This document shows positions 38,128 to 44,721 of a DNA stretch of 44,721 nucleotides, in pieces. Origin of the DNA: Gammaproteobacteria bacterium (GTDB lineage Bacteria > Pseudomonadota > Gammaproteobacteria > SZUA-152). The notes under the pieces are model-generated. The model saw only the letters and a program-made list of their open reading frames with translations, searched no databases and was not told where the DNA came from. Location: the NCBI GenBank assembly GCA_015487095.1, contig WFQM01000320.1:1-44721 (forward strand), read 5' to 3'. Each line of letters begins with the position of its first letter. Position 1 is the first letter of the stretch. A program made the position numbers and the translations under genes.

Positions 38128-38937
38128 CTACTCGTTACCCAAGGCGATGAGTTCTTTGTAATAACCTTTAGCCCCTTTTTTCATGAAATAGTATTTTTTG
38201 GCACCTGCTTTTTCCAGCGCATATTGCAGCCAGCGTACCTGTTTGCCGACTTCGTCATAAATAAGCAAAGTACGATTTTGCTTGAGTGCTTTTTTGATGT
38301 AGCGATCCAGCTTTTTTTGCTGGTCGAGGCTGGCCCAGCGCTCGATGCCTGGGTAAAAACCCACGCCTGCACGCTGGAATTTGTCGCGTACGTCGATAAT
38401 CATATATTTCTGCCGATCTATTGTGGCGCGATCACTGAAGTCATCCGGACTGAGCAGGCGTTTTTTGAAGGTCGATTTGGGGATTAGATGGGCAAGGTTT
38501 ACCGGGCTGTTGCCCAGCAAAACGGCTTCATCCGGGTACGCTTTGGTCCAGTCAAAAATACCCGCGTCAAATGCATACACATCATTGACGTTGACAGCCA
38601 TCGCTTTTTTGGCCGAGATGTACGACTTCATGCAGGTGTGGCCATTGCAGTAAAAGACAATAGGTTTGTTCGTGGTCGCTCGCAGTTTGACGATTTCGGC
38701 TTCAAAGCTTTCGGCGGCTACTGGAATATTGACAGCAGTTTTGATGCGCAGGGTGTCGAATTCCAGCTTGGAGCGGGCATCGACTACGACCACATCGTTG
38801 ATTTTATTGTAGAGGTCTTCCCGCTCGATATAGGGGATTTTTTTGTATTTTGCCCGGCCAGGGAATTCGTCGTCAGCAAAGGCGGTAGAGCCTAGCAGTA
38901 GACTGACAAGGGCAATAATGCTGGTGATTTTTCGCAT
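38128..38937 (-). CDS. Exported tandem rhodanese-domain protein
   Basis: Signal peptide ending AFA; VVVDARSKLEF..IKTAVNIP..IVFYCNGHTC..AGIFDW; second domain IIDVRD..LIYDEVGKQ..GAKGY. Confidence 0.85.
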   Translation of the reverse strand: MRKITSIIALVSLLLGSTAFADDEFPGRAKYKKIPYIEREDLYNKINDVVVVDARSKLEFDTLRIKTAVNIPVAAESFEAEIVKLRATTNKPIVFYCNGHTCMKSYISAKKAMAVNVNDVYAFDAGIFDWTKAYPDEAVLLGNSPVNLAHLIPKSTFKKRLLSPDDFSDRATIDRQKYMIIDVRDKFQRAGVGFYPGIERWASLDQQKKLDRYIKKALKQNRTLLIYDEVGKQVRWLQYALEKAGAKKYYFMKKGAKGYYKELIALGNE

Positions 38938-39346
38938 TTGAAGCTCCATTTGTCATGATCTCCGTGCTGCGATCATGTTGATGTGGTTAACATTCGCTCA
39001 TGTAGACTTGGATGAATGTGTTACCAGAAGGCTCATCAGGAAATGTATTGCGTCTTTTGTCTTATCGGCTAAAGAAAAGAGTTGTTGAGGCCTTATTAAG
39101 CAAGCTCGTAGGAAAGACCAAGCAATTCATACATAATTTGCGCTTTTTGGCTAACTTGTTGTCCCAGTTTAGCGCGTTGTTGCGCAAATTGCTTACTTTT
39201 TGCTCATTGTTGCTATTGTTGGTTTTCTTAGTACAACCACTGATTCTTATCAGTGTTTATTTAGCGGCCATAGTCTTGATTCCTCTGGTACCGGTCGCTT
39301 TCACCCTTTATCCTGTGATCTCTTTCGTTAAGGTTTCCCATTAATA

Positions 39347-40246
39347 ATGGCTGCGCTATTACAGGTTACCCACCTGGTCAAACACTTCGATGCTGTTATC
39401 GCCGTTGATGGCGTTAGCTTTGCACTGCAACAAGGCACTTGCTTCGGCCTGTTGGGGCCTAATGGAGCGGGCAAAACCACCACTATCGAAATGCTGGAAG
39501 GTATCACTGAGCCCAGCAGTGGTGAAATCCATTATCGTGGCCAACGGGTGAATGCCGGGGCTGCGCGCGAGGCATTCCGCAATGATGCCGGTATCATGTT
39601 TCAGTCCACCGCGTTGCAGGACTTTATTACCGTGCGCGAGGCATTGGAGATGTTTGGCCGTCTCTATCCACGCACCATCGATAGCGATGAGTTGATCCAA
39701 ATTTGTGCGTTGGGTGAATTTCTTGACCGCGATACGCGCAAGCTTTCCGGTGGTCAGCGCCAGCGCTTGTTGCTGGCTATGGCCTTGGTCAATGATCCTC
39801 AGGTGGTTTTTCTTGATGAACCGACGACGGGGCTTGACCCTCAAGCGCGGCGTAATTTGTGGGCATTGGTACAACGTATCAAGGCACAGGGTAAAACGGT
39901 GCTGCTGACCACCCATTACATGGAAGAAGCCTATGAACTGTGCGATGAAATTGCCATCATGGACCATGGTAAGATTATCGCCCACGGCTCCCCCAAGGCC
40001 TTGCTGGCAGAACATTTTGATGAGGTAGTGTTGCAACTGCCACGTTCGGACATCCTTGGTCCGATTGAAAACCTGCCACTGAAGTTGAAGGTGCAAGACG
40101 ATATCGTGGAAATTCTTAGCTCTGATATCAATGCCGCAGTGCGGACTTTGCTCGCCCATGATGTTTCTCTGGCGGGTTTACAGATTCGCCCGCGCACCCT
40201 CGACGATCTGTTTTTAGCCCTCACTGGTGCGGCGTTGCGCACATGA
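39347..40246 (+). CDS. ABC-2 type exporter ATP-binding protein
   Basis: GPNGAGKTT, LSGGQRQR, FLDEPTTGLD, TTHYMEEA. Confidence 0.93.
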   Translation: MAALLQVTHLVKHFDAVIAVDGVSFALQQGTCFGLLGPNGAGKTTTIEMLEGITEPSSGEIHYRGQRVNAGAAREAFRNDAGIMFQSTALQDFITVREALEMFGRLYPRTIDSDELIQICALGEFLDRDTRKLSGGQRQRLLLAMALVNDPQVVFLDEPTTGLDPQARRNLWALVQRIKAQGKTVLLTTHYMEEAYELCDEIAIMDHGKIIAHGSPKALLAEHFDEVVLQLPRSDILGPIENLPLKLKVQDDIVEILSSDINAAVRTLLAHDVSLAGLQIRPRTLDDLFLALTGAALRT

Positions 40247-41307
40247 ACTTGCGTCGCTTTCTCACTGTATTGGCTGCCCGCAACCGGGAATTTATCCGCG
40301 ACCGTTCGGCGTTGGGCTGGAATATCCTTTTTCCGGTACTGATTGTGGCCGGTTTTGCCTTTGCCTTTTCCGGCCAACCGTTGGATCAGTACAAGGTTGG
40401 CGTATATGCCGAGGCACCGCTACAGAAACTGGCAACAGTCAAAGAAGAGCAAGCTTTTTTTCGCACCAGCTACATTCAGTTCATCCCGGTTGTCCGGCTG
40501 GACCCGGCTATTATCAAAGTGGAGCGTCATCAGCTGGACATGTTGTTTGATCTTGATAACGGTCACTACTGGATCAACAGTGATTCCCCTAAAGGCTACA
40601 TGCTGGAGCGGGTGTTGTATGGCGCGGTGATTGTGGATGCTGGTGGAGGGAATGCGCCAGTAGCTGTGGAGTCGGGAGGGTATCAGCGCCAGACCGTCAG
40701 TGGCCGCGAAATTCGTTATGTGGATTGGGTTATCCCCGGAATATTGGCGATGAACATGATGTTCAGTTCTTTGTTCGGTGTCGGCTATGTCATCGTGCGT
40801 TATCGCAAAAACGGCGTTCTCAGGCGTCTCCAGGCGACCCCTCTCAGTGCTTTTGAGTTTCTCTCTGCACAGGTTGTTTCGCGTCTGTGGTTGATTATGG
40901 CTATTTCCATCATGGTTTACGTGGGTGCCAATCTGTTCATTGATTTCACCATGTTTGGCTCCTATTGGAACCTGCTTCTGGTTTTCTCTCTCGGCGCAGT
41001 CAGTCTTATCAGTATGGGGCTGCTGGTGGCAGCGCGTATCCGCAGCGAAGAACTGGCGGGCGGCATTCTCAACCTTGTTAGTTGGCCGATGATGTTTCTT
41101 TCCGGAGTGTGGTTTTCGTTGGAGGGTGCCAATCCGCTGATGCAAAAGCTGGCACTGATTTTTCCGCTTACTCATATCATTGATGCGGCGCGAAGTATCA
41201 TGATCGACGGAGCAGGTCTGGTGGAAGTGAGTACACAACTGGTGGTGCTTACGGCGATGAGTGCGATTTTTCTGTTGCTGGGGGCGGTGTTGTTTCGCTG
41301 GAAATGA
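40243..41307 (+). CDS. ABC-2 type exporter permease
   Basis: YVDWVIPGILAMN, RKNGVLRRLQATP, FLSGVWFS, PLTH; ATGA overlap with the ATPase gene. Confidence 0.92.
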   Translation: MNLRRFLTVLAARNREFIRDRSALGWNILFPVLIVAGFAFAFSGQPLDQYKVGVYAEAPLQKLATVKEEQAFFRTSYIQFIPVVRLDPAIIKVERHQLDMLFDLDNGHYWINSDSPKGYMLERVLYGAVIVDAGGGNAPVAVESGGYQRQTVSGREIRYVDWVIPGILAMNMMFSSLFGVGYVIVRYRKNGVLRRLQATPLSAFEFLSAQVVSRLWLIMAISIMVYVGANLFIDFTMFGSYWNLLLVFSLGAVSLISMGLLVAARIRSEELAGGILNLVSWPMMFLSGVWFSLEGANPLMQKLALIFPLTHIIDAARSIMIDGAGLVEVSTQLVVLTAMSAIFLLLGAVLFRWK

Positions 41308-41666
41308 GCAAATCAATCCCGATGAACCTGACATTATCAGGGCTCGTAGGTGTTGCAATAAATTGTGTTCGTTCTATCTATCTATTACAGACACAGACGA
41401 TTAAACCTGCTGTTTTGTCGTCCCATTGCCGGAATAATTTATACCATACCCGATAACCATTGGGTTTTTACCGATTAACAACACGTAATTTAACCGATAT
41501 CCTAACCAGAGTTTGTTGATGTTTCATTATCATCATCGCTGGAGTTGCTTTTTTTCGCCCTGTTAAGGAGGAAAAATGTCGCAGGGCGTAACGTTAATGG
41601 TTGAAGGGTATGTGTTCAGCTGAGTCGTTACAAAATCAAAAAACAAGGGATTGGAGGAAGGACGTC

Positions 41667-44300
41667 ATGTCGTCAGTGAAGTGGATTCAGGGTATTGTTA
41701 TTTCTTTATCGTTGTTATTGGGAGGCTGTGGAGAAGAGAATGATCCCGATGGGGACGACACATCCAACTTAGCCCCCACAGCGGTTATCACCAGTCCGAC
41801 GAATGGAAGCGTTCACTCCGGGAGTCGTAATATTCTTTTCGTTGGCAGAGGTACGGACGATGAAGATGGCGCATTGAATGGAGCCCGCCTCATATGGTCT
41901 TCCCATATTGATGGTCAACTGGGTACAGGTACAGATATTTTCTCCACGCTTTCCGCCGGTAGTCATACCATTACGTTAAAAGCCACAGACAGTAACGGAG
42001 CGACAGGTACCGATACAATTGCAATCACTGTTAATGCCGCACCTAATGCCGCACCGGTTATCGATAATATGACGGTAACCCCTGCCAGCGTGAATGTCGG
42101 CATGTCAGTGACAGTCAGCTGGAACATTACTGATGCAGAAGGTGATACTTTGATCTGCAATCTGGACATTGATGCAGATGGCTCAAACGAGCACACCATT
42201 GATGATTGCGCCAACAATACCTCTCAAATACATACCTACACACAGGCCGGGGATTATCAGGTACGTCTGACCGTTGTGGATGGTATTAATGCGCCGGTAC
42301 AACAGAATGTGAGTGTGACGATTACTGAGCCGAACACCGCTTCAGCACCGAAGATTATGGGTTTTTCTGCAACTCCCGGAACTCCAAAAACCAACAATTC
42401 TATGACCTTCGGCTGGAGTGTCAGCGACGCTGACGGTGACACATTAACCTGCAAACTGGATGTCGATGCAGATGGTACGGATGACTACACTATCAACGAT
42501 TGCGCCAGCAATACCTCACAGGCGCATACCTACACGCAGGCAGGCGTTTATCAGGTTCGTTTGACTGTTGAAGATGCTACGAACGCTTCGGTGCAAACAT
42601 CGATTGAGCTGACGGTGTTATCGACATCGCCGGTTATCAGCCAGTTCACAGTAGATCCGAACCCGGCCTATTCGACGGTAGCGACCACCTTTTATTGGCA
42701 AGTCAGCGACCCGGAAGGTGACACGCTGACCTGCACGCTTGATATCAATAATGATGGGGCAGACGATTACAGCATTGATGACTGCGCCAATATTGCATCT
42801 CAGGAACATACTTACGCTTCGAGTGGTGATTTCACCGCGCAGCTGACAGTCCGTGACAATGCCAGTGAAACTCAAACCACATTGTCGTTGGCGGTCAACC
42901 CGCAGCTTTTGCTTGAAGTCTCTGTTAATGAGCCAGTGAGTGCAGACGGAAGAGCACTTTATACGATGACGGTGAGTAATGTATCAGCGCAGCCGGTCAA
43001 TGATGTTTCCGTGGTGTATACGACACCGATGGAACTCCGGTTTGATGCTGGCAATGATGCTGAGCCAAATGCGGAAGGTTGCGGAACAACCTGCACCGAT
43101 GGCCTGGAAGCTGCGTGGGCATTGGGCTCGCTGGCTGAAGGTGAAAGTCGTACTATTACCATCAATGCACAGGTTCTCCCAGGCGTGCTGGCAGATGAGC
43201 AGATCATCGCACCTGTACGGGTCACCTCTTCCAGCATAACCGATATCGTCAGTGTGTCCAGGACGGTGGTGGTGAATAACAACCCCAAATCACAACTGGC
43301 CATGAGTGCTTCGGAGGACCCGCTCATGCCGGGTGACAGCCTGACTCTCATCGTTGATGTTGGCAATATCGACAACGCTGTGCTTGATAACATGGAATTG
43401 CGCACCATTCTACCCGCAGGTATCAGTGTGGATAGCATCAGCGATAGCGGCACCGAAGATACCGTCACTGGCGACATTGTCTGGGATGTCAGCAGCCTCG
43501 CCGTAGGTAACGCCCTGCGGCGTACCATTGAGGGCACCGTAAATGCGACGGCCATCGCTGGCCAGATCCTCTCCATCCGCGCAGAGTTGCGTCATGACGG
43601 AGGTGCAAGCCTTGATGTCAGCGCCGAGCAGGTGGTAACTATTGTCGAAAAAACGTTTCCCCTTACTCTCGATATCAGCGCCACCCCCGATCCGGTCGCG
43701 GCGGGTGAGCGTTTGCGTTATGAGTTCAGCATCAACAACGTATCCGCCGCGCCCGTTAATGACATTAGCGTGCTGCTCCGCGTACCGCCTGGGCTTCAGT
43801 TTGACGCTGCAAATGATGCCGAGCCTGATGCGACGGGCTGTGGAACAGTATGTATCGATGGTCAGGAGGCCTCCTGGGTATTGGGTACGCTAGGCGGTGG
43901 CGAAAATCGCACTATTACGGTGAACGCCCTGGCGGATGTCGGCCTGTTGAGTGGTGGCTTGATAACAACTCCTGTTCGTGTTACTGCGACAAATTCAGGG
44001 GATGATATCGACCGTGTGAAGACGGTAGTCGTAGCTGCTGAACCTGTTATTGGTGACCTTGACTTGGCGCGGCAGAGCGGCTGTCTGGCATGTCATGCCA
44101 TTGATGATCCATTTTTCGGTCCCGCATGGAGAGATATTGCTGACAGATATAAAGACACCGCCAATGCAAAAGCCATATTGGTTGATAAGATCAAAAATGG
44201 TGGAAGAGGCAATTGGGGTAATACACCAATGCCCCCCTACTCGCCGCGTGTATCAGATGTAAATATCGAGGCTTTGGCTGATTTTATCCTGAGTCTGTAG
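41667..44300 (+). CDS. Lipoprotein with PKD/Ig-like and DUF11-like domains and a C-terminal class I cytochrome c (c551/c552-like)
   Basis: GGAGG RBS; lipobox LGGC; three HTY..G.Y/F...LTV.D repeats; CLACH at 44082-44096; GPAWRDIA, GNWGNTPMPP. Confidence 0.85.
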   Translation: MSSVKWIQGIVISLSLLLGGCGEENDPDGDDTSNLAPTAVITSPTNGSVHSGSRNILFVGRGTDDEDGALNGARLIWSSHIDGQLGTGTDIFSTLSAGSHTITLKATDSNGATGTDTIAITVNAAPNAAPVIDNMTVTPASVNVGMSVTVSWNITDAEGDTLICNLDIDADGSNEHTIDDCANNTSQIHTYTQAGDYQVRLTVVDGINAPVQQNVSVTITEPNTASAPKIMGFSATPGTPKTNNSMTFGWSVSDADGDTLTCKLDVDADGTDDYTINDCASNTSQAHTYTQAGVYQVRLTVEDATNASVQTSIELTVLSTSPVISQFTVDPNPAYSTVATTFYWQVSDPEGDTLTCTLDINNDGADDYSIDDCANIASQEHTYASSGDFTAQLTVRDNASETQTTLSLAVNPQLLLEVSVNEPVSADGRALYTMTVSNVSAQPVNDVSVVYTTPMELRFDAGNDAEPNAEGCGTTCTDGLEAAWALGSLAEGESRTITINAQVLPGVLADEQIIAPVRVTSSSITDIVSVSRTVVVNNNPKSQLAMSASEDPLMPGDSLTLIVDVGNIDNAVLDNMELRTILPAGISVDSISDSGTEDTVTGDIVWDVSSLAVGNALRRTIEGTVNATAIAGQILSIRAELRHDGGASLDVSAEQVVTIVEKTFPLTLDISATPDPVAAGERLRYEFSINNVSAAPVNDISVLLRVPPGLQFDAANDAEPDATGCGTVCIDGQEASWVLGTLGGGENRTITVNALADVGLLSGGLITTPVRVTATNSGDDIDRVKTVVVAAEPVIGDLDLARQSGCLACHAIDDPFFGPAWRDIADRYKDTANAKAILVDKIKNGGRGNWGNTPMPPYSPRVSDVNIEALADFILSL

Positions 44301-44367
44301 TTCATCAGTATGTGTTGTGCCATCATATGGTGATATTTTTTCTTGCCAGATAAATGTTGTTGCAGCA

Positions 44368-44400
44368 GGCCTTCCCTGTTTGAATCACACGGGGGAGGCC
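44368..44400. terminator. GC-rich hairpin between convergent genes
   Basis: ggccttccctgt / acgggggaggcc with G-U pairs; no clear U tract. Confidence 0.4.
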
Positions 44401-44500
44401 ATTCTCATGGGAAGGGGTTGCCGATGGCTATACTCCGTTCGTACGAAGCATGACGCTATAACGTCAAAATATTTTTAATTCAGATGTTCCATATGTTGGG

Positions 44501-44721
44501 TTATGTTTCAATTTCATCAGCCGTAATAATTCCCGTTTCGAGCTTTCCTGCTTCTATCCACTCAATTGTCTCCGGGTGTTTTAACACGCTGTTTTCGTAG
44601 TTTTCTTCAGCTCCGTTTAATGGGGCATAATAACTTTCTTGTTTGGTGTCCGGCAATCTGTTGTTTAAGTTTGTTGTCGGGTCGCCACCCATAGAGAGAG
44701 GTTGCCAGAATACATCATGGA
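44501..44721 (-). CDS. 3' end of a hypothetical protein (truncated by window edge)
   Basis: Frame stays open upstream of the track ATG to the window edge (HDVFWQPLSMGGDP...). Confidence 0.5.
   Translation of the reverse strand, partial: HDVFWQPLSMGGDPTTNLNNRLPDTKQESYYAPLNGAEENYENSVLKHPETIEWIEAGKLETGIITADEIET

Noticed and set aside
39012-39344. 110-aa Leu-rich ORF upstream of the ABC ATPase
   Set aside because: No RBS or family motif; hydrophobicity is explained by T-rich DNA in a divergent promoter region; probably non-coding.
40420-41358. 312-aa antisense ORF (likewise 39359-40159, 26115-26804, 28284-28823, 42959-43576)
   Set aside because: Shadow frames opposite well-supported genes.

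Overview
This is a 44.7 kb chromosomal window, most likely from a Gammaproteobacterium (inferred from apaH, ygiQ, zapE, rlmKL, ycgL and class I DAHP synthase; the genus cannot be assigned from sequence alone). Housekeeping genes flank a visibly more AT-rich accessory block at about 7.5-25.9 kb. That block holds three things. (i) A four-gene G-protein module: a REC-like/HTH-like protein, an MglA/conservon-type small GTPase, a PstB-like ABC ATPase fused to a Cys-dependent protein phosphatase with no permease partner, and a roadblock-like protein. A second roadblock-like gene lies 3 kb away. (ii) A YkgJ gene overlapping a 2Fe-2S/FAD-NAD reductase/truncated-globin/Zn-finger fusion. (iii) A copper efflux cluster (cusF, a Met/His-rich outer-membrane protein, cusCBA) with a perfect CusR-type palindrome far upstream. 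The right half carries a REC-adenylate cyclase lacking its catalytic Arg, a six-repeat lipoprotein, an exported tandem rhodanese, and a lipoprotein with a long Ig/PKD stalk ending in a cytochrome c. Four different long palindromic intergenic elements (MITE/ERIC-like) are present. No rRNA, tRNA, CRISPR array or transposase was seen. All product calls come from motif recognition, not database searches.
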